This document shows, piece by piece, positions 1 through 13,789 of a DNA stretch of 64,000 bases. Source of the stretch: Lama guanicoe (lineage: Eukaryota). The DNA is taken from the NCBI GenBank assembly GCA_013239625.1, contig MU056000.1, positions 13,839,175-13,903,174 on the forward strand. The letters are read 5' to 3'. The notes beneath the pieces were generated by a model. It did not search any database, was not told the DNA's origin, and saw nothing but the letters and a program-made list of their open reading frames with translations. Both the position numbers and the translations under genes were made by a program. The first letter of the stretch is position 1, and every line of letters begins with the position of its first letter.

Positions 1-2450
1 GTTTTTATATTTTCAGTAACTTTGCCTTTGATAATGGTGAAATTAAACATTATTGGATATTTTTCCTCTGATGACTGCAGTTTTTTTGTTAATTTGTTTG
101 ATTTTTTTTTTACCATTTTAAATTATATCTGATTTGATATTTATTCTTTTTTTTAATATAGGAAATCTAGCCACTTGGGGCATTTATTAGTATTTCAAAA
201 ACTTGTCAATCTCTCTCATTGCTTCTTAAAGATGTTTCTGTGGATTCTCTTAATTTATTTACAGAGGCAATTGCATCATTCATTAACAGTGATAATTTTG
301 TGTTCTGTTTCTATTTATTATTGCTGTTTTGTTTGTTTTTGCTTTTGTTTTATCTTTTTGGATTGAGGAGAACATTCAATACAATGCTGATTAATTGTAT
401 TAATTGAAAGTATCCTGAGACCAAAAGAACTGCCCAGGTGAATCCATCAGAAATTGCTTATTCTTAGAAATGTGAGCTAAATAAATGTGTTTTAAGAGAG
501 CAAGTTTTGGATTTGTTTTCTTTTTCAGCAGTAGCTGTTTTTTTTTTTTTAAGCAACAGCTAAATATTTCTAACTTTTTATACACAAATTTCCTATCATA
601 TGCTAAATTTGGTATATTTCTTGTTAGCAACATGTAACAGTATATTTTAAACCTATAGTAAAATATCCTTAAGAATGATAGTTATTTTATGATTATGGTC
701 TATGGTATACTAGTTTCTACTTCTTAAAAAGTTTTTCCATATTTCTACTTTGCATCTTTTACACTACTTTCTGATCTCTGTTCTATTGATATCTTTATTA
801 TTTAACTTAAAAAAAATCTTTCCTTGTTTTGGAAATTACAGATTACTATTCTATTAATTCAATGCTAATTCTTCAAGTTTTAACATTTGAAATGAAATAC
901 TAATTGCAAATCTTTTTGTCTATTTTTTCTTGCAGAGATCCTGAAGGCAGAGATTAATAAAATATTTGCCAAAATGTTAGTAACTAAAAATAAAAATTTT
1001 CTTTTCTTATACATTGGAAAAAGTCTTCAATGATTGTTTCCCCTTAATTCCTGATAGCTCACCATGGATAACTATAGAGAAGGTTGGCAATAAGAAATTA
1101 TTTTCCTTTACCAGTTTGAGCATATAATTGCTATCAACATCTAATAAAAAAATCATCTTCTGATTAAAAAAATCAAGTTCTGGCAAAAAAAAAATCATCT
1201 TTTTTTTTCTTTTAAACAGGAATCTACTTTAAATCTAATTAGTATTGCTTTTCAAGTGTTCTACCATTTCTTTTTGATAGCTTAATTTTTTTCTCTTTAT
1301 CTTTGAGGTTTGGCACTTTTAAACTGCCATATCCAAGTATAGATTTGTGTTTGCCTTTTGGTGTTTATATTCATCATGAGGGTCCACATTTGAAAAAATT
1401 ATCATGTAATATTTATATTGCCTGTTGCTTTATTGTCTTCTTAATTCTTCCAGATATTTTATATCCCATATCTGTTAAGTGTTCTCACAATTTAAAAAAA
1501 TTTTGATCTATCTGGACTTTGTTTGCTTGAATTAATGATTTTTACATTTGACTTGCTTAATCTTTCTTTGTGTCCAGCCTAGAAGTAATGCTATTTTTTT
1601 CAATTGTTCTCACTGTGTATCTGTGTGTATGTAAATATATATGCATATACATATTATACATGTATATACATAATTAAATCTAAAATGTATGGATAATTTA
1701 TATCTATATAACTCTATGTATATAACTAAATCTCTATATATTTCTAAATATAGTTTCATACATATTTCTATATATTTACCTATATTTATATGTATATATC
1801 ATGTGATATACCTACATACATATACTTAAAACAAAATCTAAAATTTAAATGTCTGTTTATATGTTTATTTATAGTTATGTATATAATATGAAACCTATAT
1901 ATTTTCATATCACTCTATGTACTTTTCTATCTTTGCAAAACTAGTTTTATTCTGATAAGGATTTTAAAACCATTTTTAAGCAAACATTTTCGTTCACTGT
2001 TGTCTCATTTCATGTTGTCACTTCTTGCTCTTTAAAAGGATTTTTTTTAAGTTTAAAAATGCTATTTAGACTTTTTATGTTCATTTATGCATATTGTATT
2101 ATTCAGAGTGAATTCATTTTCTAATTTATAATTTATTGACTGTCTTCTTATTTTTTGACTTTCAGGCTTATCATACACAATGATAATGCATTTCCCTCTG
2201 TCTTATTTTGGAAACAGCTTTTTTTTTTTCACTCACTCTTTGCCATAAAGCAGTTTGGAGATTCTGCTGAACCAATGGCTTCCTGATCCTTCATCCTGGC
2301 TTAGAGGCTCTGTCTGCTTTTTATTATTCCCTGAATATGCACTTTTCTATAAGCTGTGGGCACAGAAAAATAATAGTTTTAATTTTTTCTTCTGGATTTC
2401 ATTATGTTCTGGGGGCACGTAAACATCTACTAACTCATATAGCTCAGTGC
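1..2450 (-). mobile_element. Highly decayed ancient L1 (L1M-type) fragments with an internal TA-rich low-complexity tract (about 1610-1920)
   Basis: Strongly T-rich plus strand with antisense-L1-like phrases (e.g. aacattcaatacaatgctga near 371). Boundaries are approximate. Confidence 0.5.
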
Positions 2451-2659
2451 CCAAGCGGCCAGAATCCAGGAGGCCTGGATTTGCTGACTCTTCCTCTTTG
2501 TGCTTTTGTCCTGGTGGTTACCCAGAGGGTGTACCCACGAAGGCAGGTATTCATTTTGCTAAGGCTGTTCCACTTTTAATTTCATCTTTATATGTCATTA
2601 TCCATAACTGCCTTGTGTTTGGAGAACAAGCTACTATGACTTTAATACCTTTATACAGA

Positions 2660-2790
2660 GTATCATTAATTCTCTCAATGCTACAAAACAGGCATTTTAA
2701 AAGGCTCACGAATGTAAAAGCTGAGGCTCAGAGGAGTTCGGTGGTTTGTCTTACCCAGCACACGCAACGCTGTTTGCACAAGCTCATGAT
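2660..2790 (-). mobile_element. MIR SINE fragment
   Basis: aaaagctgaggctcagaggagttcggtggtttgtc resembles the MIR core (gaaactgaggctcagagaggttaagtgacttgcc). Confidence 0.55.
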
Positions 2791-4689
2791 TTCACCTGTG
2801 CACTAGTATCTTTTTTCCTGAAAATTGCTGTTTTTTTCCTATCCAAAAGAAATTACTTGTGTTATTTGTAACTTCATCAGTTCTCAAAAATGTTTAAATG
2901 AAATTTGTTTTAAATAAATTCATAATTAAATTAAAACATCTTTATGCTTACACAACTGTCTGCAGGCATCAGACGCTTGAGATGGCATAGCTGATTTAAA
3001 GCATTCATCAGCATTATGAACACTTTCAAAAGTGTCATAAGAGCAAGTGTGTATATATTTGAGGGAAATGTCTTAAATGTGAGTTCCCTGAACTGGCAAT
3101 GTTGTCAAATCATAGAATTAAGACCTTTTGAATATACTCATTAGTTAAATTTAAAAATTCCAGGCATAATAATCTTGAATGTAGAACTTTTAGTCACTAA
3201 TGTGGGTTTCAACAGCCATAAAAGTCTTTTATTTTTCTAAAATACTTTCAGAGTTATATACATTAGAGTGACTGTAACACATCTTTAAATCTAAGGCAAA
3301 TTTTCTTTATAATATCATCAAATTAAAATTACTTTTAAAATGTGAAATAAAATCTTTCTTGGAATGGAAAAAATTCTACTGAAATAAGACAATTTCTAAA
3401 TATATTATTTCTACACATGATTTCTACATATAGTAGATTTCAGTCTACTAAAGCAGAGAGTTCAATGCTTCCCAAATTGCACAATTATTTGATTTGGGGA
3501 AAATATGAATTGATTTGTATATATTTAGCATAGTTAATTATGATAAATATATTTGGAATCATAGGACAGGATATTCAAATGTAAATAAATGTGCAATAGT
3601 CACTTAACTACAATTTGTCATACACACACATGTATCCCATAAGTAGAGCTGACCACAGGGATAGTTAAAATGGGAGAGACAAGCTTTATATTTTCCTATA
3701 AACCCCGTTATGGCCAAACACACCATTTGGTATCCTTGTTATAATTTAAAGAAGCGTAGGGATCAATGGGAAAAATGCTTTCCTGTGTGGTCATTTAGTG
3801 ATTTTGTTTTTCCTTGTATTTGAAAATGCTTCTCCATGAAGGGTACAGACAAGGAATTAAATGTTTACTCCAAAATGTATGTGCCACTGTTTCTTTCATG
3901 TGATCCTGGGGCAAGTGTTCAAACCTACAGAACAGTATATTCAGATAAATGTGATCAAAGATAGTTCTGAGAAGAAGAAAGTTGATGCTAATGAGGACAC
4001 CATTATATATCGGTGGCTTGCTGTTTCCCTTACAGATGGAAGAATGATTTTGCACGACTTTGAGGGATCTGCCAAATAAGGAATCTAAATCATGATGAAT
4101 CTTCACTACTTATTATGGTGTTCTTTTTTCTCACACAACAGAGAAGGTTAAACAAAAGTAATTCAAACATTCCACGATGCTCTGTAATTATGCACATGTG
4201 TCCACCGATATTTTAGAAAATATTCATAATAGCAAGAGGAAATATACTGGGTATAGCAGATCTCCATAGCCTTGCTAATTTAATGCAAGATGATTTCAAA
4301 CATTGCATTTCTTTTCCTAACTGTCCCTAGGACATATTTTTCATTTTTCCTAATTTAAATTTTTCCACCTCCTAGCAGTTACAGCAGCTCATAAACATGT
4401 TTGTCAGCTAAGATTTCTCTTAAAATTTGCCCAAGAGCATATTACATGTACATTTCTTGTTTAAAGGGATGCTTCTGAATAAACTCAATGAAAGCTATTT
4501 GTACATATGGCTCAATTTTAAATACAAGCTATTCTCAGATCATAACACATTAACATCAAACTGACGTTGAATGTTGATTTGCAAGCTGTTCATGGGTATA
4601 TAAGAATAGAGCAAAGCTGCTCAGGCCTACTCCCTATCAAGTCAAAGCAGACACTACATCGATCAAAAAATATATGTATTCACGTTCAC

Positions 4690-4807
4690 CTTCGTTGTCC
4701 TTCAGAGTGAAGTTTGGGTTTATAGACAGGTGTTCATCAAGAAAGAAGTTAAACCTTGGTCCATTGGCAAAATCATCCTTATCAGTGGCACTGATGGTAT
4801 GAATAAC
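4690..4807 (-). CDS. CDH18: Cadherin-18 internal coding exon D (118 nt; first half of EC5)
   Basis: Acceptor gtttttttttttctttag|GTT and donor GAAG|gtgaac. Reads VIHTISATDKDDFANGPRFNFFLDEHLSINPNFTLKDNE+G, with the ATDKD motif. The 254/137/122/118 exon series is typical of type II cadherins. Confidence 0.97.
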
Positions 4808-6376
4808 CTAAAGAAAAAAAAAACAAAATTAAATAGTAAATTTGGCCTATTTCCTTGAGTTTAATTATATTATAACATTTTCAGTATCTACCTTGAGTCT
4901 TTTCAAAGTCCTAATCTAGTAAAAGTACCAATTAATTTGCTCTCCCTTGCATTAGATTTTAAGAAAACTGTATTACGATGCATCTTACAATCATTCACAC
5001 TTTATTTTCTAGCATTGTAGAAATTTGATTTTTTTTTCCTTTATCACTCACAATACCTTGGGGCCAATAAGTCATAAGATTTTGTATGAAAACCTGTTTG
5101 GGGAGACATGAAATATTATTCGTACAAATACAAATATCCCAGTGTTGATGTAGCCTAGCCTTTCAGTACATGTTGGTCTCAGTCAGTAAATGCAATAGCA
5201 GCAGAGTTATAATATCTGTTTCAGGAGATCATGATCCAGCCTCCATATGTTAGAAATGAGGATGCTGGGTCCCCAAAGGAGTGTGACGCGCCTCAAAGCT
5301 CTAGAACAGCGGCAGAAGCAAAACCGGACTGCTCAGAGCTTCATGGAGTGTTTTTCATTGCTAGTGGCTGAGCAAATAAAAATATCAAAATTTGGACTTT
5401 ATGCACATTAAGGATCAGAGAAAGCTAGAATATATAAACCAAACAGCCTAAGAGTAGCACACAAATTCTAATAGTTACAGCCATTGCAATCTTAAACAAT
5501 AAATATGGAAACCAACAAGCAAGATAATAATTTCCTTTAAAAAATTAGTATCAATGCTTAGGTGTCCTCTTCTCAGTCTTCCCTTAGAGAAACTGAAAAC
5601 AGGAGGAAAAAGAGCCATAAAAATCGTATTTTCGGCATATGAAATATCATTATGTCCATTTCAGAAACTGACATAATTTCTAAGAACATTTACTCAATTT
5701 CACCCCATTTCATTATTTTACAAGGGAAACAGTTGGTCAAAAGGTATCATAGTTAATAGGTAAATTTCTCTTCATGTACTGAGACCATTAGCTTGTGAGG
5801 CAGGTGAGGAGAAAAATAGAAAGTACTGAGAATGAGTGATGGGGGGAGTAGGACCAGAAAAGCATGTGTTTTCATGAAGTGAAAGCAAAGAAAGTGCTTC
5901 AGGATACAGAAGTGATCAGTTTCCTCCGAAAACTCCTCCCATGGCTCCTTCCTTATATCTTTTCCCATCCTGGCTCAGAATTTAATTCTCCCCCAGAGAT
6001 CCTGGGTAAAGCCCCGCCCTCCACATATTCCAAGGCATTTCTATCATTCTTCTCTTCATTTTTTCCTTCCGTGTGATTTATTTATGAAATAAACATTTAT
6101 GTATTTGCTGATTGTTTAGTTTCTTTTTTGTTTAAAGTACAACTTATCTCTGGATAGATTTTTTTTTTCTCTCATTACTGACTTCTGAGTATAAATAGAT
6201 GGATGACCAGAAGTGATCTTGATGATTTTTCTCAAGTTCAGGAAAAGCTCCATGGAGATCAGGGTGCACAAAATCTGAAGAATATAACTACATTTTCCAC
6301 ACATGATTTACTTAATAGAAAATTGAAATAAATGTCAAATTTTCAAAGTTGTTTTCAGGGTTAGATAAAACAAATA

Positions 6377-6891
6377 CAGTCAGCCCTCTGTTTCCATGGT
6401 TCTGAACAGGTGGAGTCAACCACTGTGGACCAAAAATAATAAAAAAGAAAAAAAATCAGAAAGTTCCAAAAGCAGAACGTGAATTTGCTATGTGCTGGCA
6501 ACTATTTACATGACAATTGCATTGTCTCTACAACTATTTACATAGCATTTACGTTGTATTAGGTATTGCAAGTAATTATAAGAGATGATTTAAAGTGTAT
6601 GAGGGTAGGGGGCATATCTCAAGAGGCAGATCGCATGCTTATCACACACAAGGTCCTGGGTTAGATCCCCAGAATCTCCTCTAAAAATAAGTAAACCTAA
6701 TTACCTCCCCCCTAAAAGATAAAAAATAGTAACAATAAAAATATATATAAGAGGATGTGTCTATGTTACAAGTAAATGTTACATCATTTTATATAAGGAT
6801 TTGAGCATTTGTGAATTTTGGTATGCCTGGGGGAGAGGGTAGGAGGGAGGAATTCTAGAACCAATTTCTCACAGATAACAAGGGATGGCTG
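6377..6891. mobile_element. Tigger3-like Tc1/mariner non-autonomous DNA transposon, interrupted by a SINE
   Basis: Flanked by TA (6375-6376 and 6892-6893). Imperfect TIRs cagtcagccctctgtttcc ... gataacaagggatggctg. Internal acaactatttacatagcatttacgttgtattaggtatt is characteristic of Tigger3. Confidence 0.85.
6602..6745 (+). mobile_element. tRNA-derived SINE resembling camelid Vic-1
   Basis: A-box-like tatctcaagagg (6615-6626), B-box-like ggttagatccc (6659-6669), tail aaacctaattacctcccccc, then an A-rich end. It splits the Tigger3 sequence. Confidence 0.8.
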
Positions 6892-9619
6892 TATAAATTT
6901 TTCTTTTGGGTATTTACCCAAAATGTCCTCTCACTCCTACTGTTCATTCATTGTGATTCTCCAATTTGCAGTCCTATTTTCTCAATGATACATCGTAACA
7001 TATAGACAAGTCTAAGTTCACTTCTCAGCCTAGAATGCAGTTTTGAAGGGGACTGGTAAAGAACAATTAATGTAAATAAACTGAACTATTTTGTGTTTTC
7101 TGTTATTACTTCTTTGGGACAATTTTTTTTCTCACTTCAAAGTTAATTTATGTTACTTTAAATTTTCTTATCATTTTTACAACATGAGCTTATTCAATTT
7201 AAGCACTGATAGAATTCATATTATATTCTGTTTACTATTTATTTTTTGTTCTCCCTAAAGATATAAATACCCCTTCCATTTTTATACAGGTCATTTCAAA
7301 TCTGAATTCACCAGGAAGCTCACTCATGGCAAATTTGTCTTTCTCAGAAACAGTTCTCAGTATTGTCTACAAAGTCAGTGATAAGTTGATTATCACATTG
7401 TGTTGAAGAGTGAACCATTCACCTTGAACATCTGTAGAAATGTTGGACATGTATCTGTACTTAGATATTTTTCCATAGTATTTCTGAGAGATGCTTCCAG
7501 AAACCTAGCATGTTGGCCTTTTTGTTTTTGTGTTTTAAATCTAGAATTCCTAGATATTCTCTTAAAAAGAGGGTATATTCAATTTCTTTTTTAGTTGTTT
7601 TACTAATAACCTTTTCTCTTTCATTAGGAAATGGGATTTCCACTTAATGTTTCTTCAGACTTTTATTAGAACACATTCCTGAGAAGTTAACATGATTATG
7701 GATTTTAGGAGACTTAAGCTTCTGGGAGATATCTAGATAACCACCATGTCTCCATCATCAATACTGTCTGCCTTTTTTCTCAGGTTTACCGACGTATCTA
7801 CACTCTGCTACATGTGTTTTCTGTGCAACTGGTTGGTGGAGTACAATCCATAAAAATTTATTTTCTGACTCTCATTCCTTCTAACTGAACTCAGATGTTT
7901 TCCATCATTTGCACATAATGTAATTAGTGCATAAAGTGATTGTTTTCAAAGATTTGAGAGAAACATAGTCATAGATTTATTTTAACAAAGGGAGAAAAAT
8001 AATTCAAATTGATTGGTGGTATTCATAAACAATTACTAGCAGAATTTTTTGATAAGGCGCATGACTATGGATTCACTCTTGGTAGAAACTAATTAAAACC
8101 AGTTTTATATTTCTTTTATTAAATAAAATTATTCCCTTGTTTAAGTGTGTTCAAAGCACATTTAAAGTCTATTATTTCTAGAACATTTTATTAGGAAAAA
8201 AATAGTGTCAGAAATTTATACACATAACATAGTCTTCTATTTGATAAATGAGTTAACCTTAACTAAAATTTAAATTAAAAATGAAATTCTATGAAATTGC
8301 ATCTTTATATATTGCATCTTCTTTATATTAATGGTTTGCTGTATAATATAACTTCAAATGATCATTTATTTGATAATAATACCAACTTTTGTTAGTTAGT
8401 TGAGGTTAACTTTGACAAGATGTAAAATCTCTACTGATCTAGTTAACCTTTTTCACATAAAGTTTTATTGTTAATAATTGGATGTCATGGGAGCAGAGGC
8501 TGGTGTTATGTAATAAAATGTTTTCTTTTACATGTTATGTTTTCTAACTTTACTTCTAACAAGAAAAAATAGAGGAAAATTTAATATCAATAAGATAGAA
8601 AGCATTCACTTTATTTCCCCCCCCCCAAAGTTTCTAGGTATAGGCATGTCTCAGCTGCTTTGGATTTATTCTATTTTGGGGACTGATTTCAAATTTCATG
8701 TATGCATGACTTTCTTTTTCTTCTTTTGTTTTTCATGCAAGGTACTTAAAATATTTTTTTTTCAGAACAGGAAAACAGATTATCTCAGAGAAATATATTA
8801 TTGAAGTTTATATTGATAGCTGAATCAATCTAAACTCTGCTGTTCTATGTGTTTGAACCTCTGCTTTCAGAAATGACCAGTCTCTTTTCCATAGCCACAT
8901 GCTGTTCTATTTAAATGCACAACATCTGTAATAGAAATGTCTGTAATTCTAAAAGCAATTGTCATAGAAAGAGGAACTGTCGCAATACAAATACACTTCA
9001 GAAAACCTATTTCACAAATTACTGTTTAGTTTCCTACTCCAACTCTGCATCAAAAAACAGTTTCTCCAGAAATGCTACAACCATATGCACAAATGAGCCA
9101 AAGACTGCAAAATTAAATAATAGAAAGATTCAGACCGTTTTCATCTGTAATGGGTTAACTGCATAGTTGATCACACAAATTGGCAATAATTTGTTTAAAT
9201 ACAGGTGTAATAAACAATACTTTAAAAATGAAGCTTTATTCTCTCAATGAAAAGTCTAAATTCATTTTGGTGAAAGAGTTGGAAACAAAGGCTCAAACAA
9301 CATAAAGAATCCAATTATAGTGACATCTAAAATCATACAATATTGAAGACAGCAATGATGCTAAAGGTGAACATAGTTTTTAAAGAGTAAAGAGAAGTAA
9401 TCACATAACATAATCAAAATATGTTAGAGCTTCAGGGTGACTCTAGCCTCTTGAAAAGACTAACAGAAAAGATAAATACTATATCAATGGTTAATGGGAC
9501 TCACAAAAGAAAGAAACACTTTGACAGAGATTTAGTCCTCTATAAAAACTGGAGTAACTTGTCGTTTGAGGAGAATAAAGCAAACCACATTTATAGCAAT
9601 TTGAGACTTATCAAGACAT

Positions 9620-9785
9620 ATAGTCATAGAATCTCAGGCTTGGAAGGGCCCTGGAATTCTAAGAATTTTCTTCATTTTAGAGATGAAGAGAGCACTTGCC
9701 AAGGTCACATAAAATCATTTCTTAGAAAGGCTACAGAGTTTAGTGGCAAGCGTAGAGGCTAAAACAGGTGGACCCAGGCTAGCTA
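9620..9785 (-). mobile_element. MIR/MIR3 SINE fragment
   Basis: tcatagaatctcaggcttggaaggg...cattttagagatgaaga...acttgccaaggtcaca. Confidence 0.65.
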
Positions 9786-10349
9786 TGTGACACTGAAAGA
9801 AGAGCATGGCCTGGTGAGAATGCCTGGGTCAACTTTCCCACGAGCAAAAAAGTGGACGACAGGAGAAGTCAAGGGAAAAAGCCAAGGTCACAGGCCAATA
9901 CAAAGTTCAACCCAGAAAACTGAGACTAGATTTTTCACTTTTGGAGCAGATGTTCACACTCACAGGAGAAGCATCAACTGATCCAAGAGTAGCATTTGAC
10001 CAGAAATTCGGTGATTTCACCTACATCTACAAAGGTGGCTATGAACTAGCGAGTGTGAGTTGCTCCTAGCACAAGATCACGCTTTATCCTTGAAGTTTTG
10101 AAATTACCTTGAAGTAAAAATTATCAGTTGATTAAAGTTGACACTTTTTTTAAAGAAATATATTATCTAAAAGGAAAATAACTAAAAATAGCTGATCATT
10201 TTTTATTCTGTCATATTTCAAATGATCCCAGTTTGAATTCTGTGAATAACCTAAGAACCAAAGAAACACAGATTCAGTGAGGGAAAAGATCTAATTTTAC
10301 TAAAGTCTGTTATTTATAGATCAGGTAACTGCTACCTAAGAAAAGCAAT

Positions 10350-12650
10350 ATTTATTTCTATACATTTTATTTCCTTAGTGTAACATTAAATGGCATCGTG
10401 TTTAACTTTCATTTTCGAATTGCTCGTGATATAAAGAAAAATAAGAAATATATTTATATTGATCTTATATTTAACACAAGTGTCAATTTCATTCATAAAT
10501 TTTACTAGTGTATAGCATTACCATTGTTATTATTAATGTTATTAGCTGTAGTAATAATAAATGTTTAACTTTATCAAAAGCTTTGGCTTCCCTATCAAAA
10601 TGAATTTAAAATTTTTCCCCTTTCCATTTAAAAATATTATTTTTTCTGGATTCTCTTTAACAATGTTTTATTTATGATATTTCTATGTTCACGAAAGAGA
10701 ATACCTGTAATTTAAATTATATCCTTCTCAGGTTTTGATTTCAAAGATTTGTGGTCAGCAAAAGTTGAATTAAAAATATATTGGTCCTTTTTTTCCTTTT
10801 TGGAAAAAGTATATTTTATTATCATTCCATTTAAATATTTTCAATTCTTCTTACTTTATTGACTCCTGGCTTATTTAGAAGTGTCTTCCTTCATTACTGA
10901 CTGATTGTTTTCCTAGCAATATTTTTGAATTGATATCTACCTTTATTCAATCCTTGCAAATTATTAAAACTTGTTTTGTAATCCTGTATACGGTAAATGT
11001 TTTGTGTAAATTTTGAAAGAATGCATAATCTAAAGTTGTTCAACGCAATGCCGTATTTGTTAAACAGTGAAGCTTTTGCGGTGTTCAACTTCTAGTTCCC
11101 TTACTGCAATTTTACGTGATTATTCTATCGGTTTCTGGCAAGAGTACAGCAGAACTCTCAGGACGATAATGGGCTTGTCTATTTATTTACATATATTTTT
11201 TGTATTTCTATCAATTTTGGCTTTGCTCATTTTGAGGAAATGTTGATAAGTATATAAAAATTTAACATTGTTATTTCTGCCCGCTGCACTATTATCACAA
11301 TGCTTGTGACTCTTTATATCCAGTAATGTTTCCTTCGATAAAATGTGTGTGTGTGTGCGTGTGTGTGTGTGTGTAGCTGGGTGAGCATGTACGTAGCAAT
11401 TACTCAAGTAATTGATGTATTTTCCATACTTTTTCTTTCAAGCTTTTTTCTTTATTATATTTATTATGCATCTCTTATAAAAACATTTAATTGACTTTTT
11501 TCCTATTTTGACAAAAGAATTTTTTAAGTATTTTTGTGATTTTTAACATAAATACTAATATATATTTAAGTTTACATTGCTTTTCTTTGCTTTTTTATTT
11601 TTCCACTTGTTCTACATGTATTTTCTTATTTCTTAATTTAAAAAAAAATTACCATAGCTACCTAGCTATTAGAGTTTTATGTACTAAACCCATTCTCTTT
11701 TATTTTGCTTATCTTGTGTTAAAAGACAAAACTATATCTCAACAGAAAGTATGAAAATTTATCATTCTGACTTTGAGCTCTAAAAATTTCACAGAAATGT
11801 TTGGGTTATCTTGGAAGTATTGAATTGGTTACAAACTTTATATTTTATTAGGATTGTATTTTAGTTTTGAAATATGACCTACAGCCCTTGACAATAAAAG
11901 TCTTTTATAAAAGTCTTTTTCCCTGTTTTGCATTTTTAAATATAACAGAGCAAGATAAAATCACATGCAACAATTTTGTAAGTGTGTGAATTATTTTAAA
12001 GCAAACAAACGTTTTTATAAACACAATTAAGGTAAAGAAATAAAATGCATAAACATCACTTTTTTTAGAAGCATTTTTAATTCCATGGTCTTTTACTATT
12101 TTTATTACTTAAACTAAAAATTACAGCATTCATTCTTGACACATAAAATCTATTATAAATTAGTAGTTTATCAATTATCCCAAATTTAAGGCATTTAGAA
12201 TATTTCAATTGTCTCTTCCTTTCCTTCTGATCTCTCATTACCATGTATACTATGTATATTTTAAACTCCAGAAAATATTCCTTTATTTTCCATTCATTCA
12301 TCAATAATTTAGTTTTAAAAATATATTCAATGATTGCTTTGGTCTTTAAGGATTCTTGACACTCCAAGCTGTCAATTTGATTATTTGTCTCCTCACCCCC
12401 CCAAAAAAAGGCTTTAGTGTGTGTATTATGGTAAGGAATTTTCACATTTTTGTTTGCCTAAATATGAGGGGTTTTTTTGTCTTTAGTTTTGAGGAATAGT
12501 GTTGGTAGAAAAAGAATTCATGCTTGTCAACTATCCTCTTCTGGCTCTTGAGATTTACTTTTTCATTTTTTGCTTTTATTCTTCCTTATTAAAAAAAATC
12601 ACCTTTGAAATTGCTCTTTTAAAGATATTATATCTTTTAAAAATGTCAAT
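10350..12650 (-). mobile_element. Decayed ancient L1 fragments
   Basis: T-rich plus strand with antisense L1 ORF2-like phrases (e.g. ttatttagaagtgt near 10871). No intact ORF. Confidence 0.55.
11344..11373. repeat. (TG)n microsatellite, one interruption
   Basis: tgtgtgtgtgtgtgcgtgtgtgtgtgtgtg read directly. Confidence 0.95.
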
Positions 12651-12659
12651 TTGTTTTTA

Positions 12660-13760
12660 CTTTTTAACTATTTTTATAATTATAGATTCATATGCAGTTG
12701 TCAGAAATACAGAGAGATGCTGTGTACCCTTATCCAGTTTCCCCACTGATAGTGTCTCGCAAAACTATGTACAATGTCCCATCTAGGATGCTTGACATTG
12801 ATGTAGTCAAGATTCAGAATATTTCCATAACCAAAAGTGTCCTCAATGCTGCATTTTATATCTATATGTACTTCCCTGTCACCCTTATCCTCTTCTTAAC
12901 CTCTGACACCATACATTATGAAAATTTTGGGTATTCTTTTTTTTTTCCATTCAGCAAAATTCTCTAGAGTTTCATCCAGATTTATGCATGTATCAATACT
13001 CTATTCCTTTTCATTGCTGAATAGTATTCTATGGCCTGAATTCACTGTAGTTGACTTAGCAATTCATCCATTGAAAGACATCTGGATTGTTTTCAGTTTG
13101 AGTCAATTGTGAATGAATCCGATAGAAGCATTTGTGTGAAGTGTTTGGTGTAAACATAAAGCTTCATATCTCTTGGAGAAATGACCCAAAGTTCTATTTC
13201 TGGACTCTATGGTAATTGCATGTTTAGCTTTTAAGAAATTACAAAACTGTATTTCAAAATAGCTGTTCCATTCTACACGTCCACTAAAAATGCATCAATG
13301 ATCCAATTTCTCTGTATCTCCCCAGGATGCTGTGTCATTTAAAAAAAAAAAAAAGAATGTCCTATTTGATAGGTGTGCAGTGATAGGTCACTGTAGTTTT
13401 AATTTTAATTTCCCTAATCACTTGTGATGTTATACATCTTTAACATGTTTGTTTTCTATTTGTAAATCCTCTAGTGAAATGTCTGCTTATGTCTTTTGTC
13501 CATTTTAAAACTGGATTTTTTTCTGTTGAGCTTTGAGTATTCTTTTTATATTGTACATACTAATCATTTATTGGATAAAAGGTCTGCAAATTTCTTTTCC
13601 CACTCTGTGGTTTGTCTTCTCATCCTCTTAATGGGGACTTTCAGAAAGCAAAAATGTTTATTTTTGATCAAATCCAATTTATCAACTTTTTTCTTTTATG
13701 GATTATGATTTTGGTGTCATCTAAGAACTCTGCTTGGCACTACATCCATGTTTTGTTTTG
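12660..13760 (-). mobile_element. L1MC/L1MD-type 3' end
   Basis: tagattcatatgcagttgtcagaaatacagagagatgctgtgtacccttatccagtttcccc is the reverse complement of an L1MD/MC-like 3' UTR, followed by antisense ORF2 C-terminal remnants. Confidence 0.75.
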
Positions 13761-13789
13761 TTTTCTCCCCTAACAGTGTTATGTCTTTT

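Noticed and set aside
6602..6680. Possible tRNA gene
   Set aside because: The A and B boxes are degenerate and are followed by a SINE-specific tail and A-rich end, so it is a tRNA-derived SINE.
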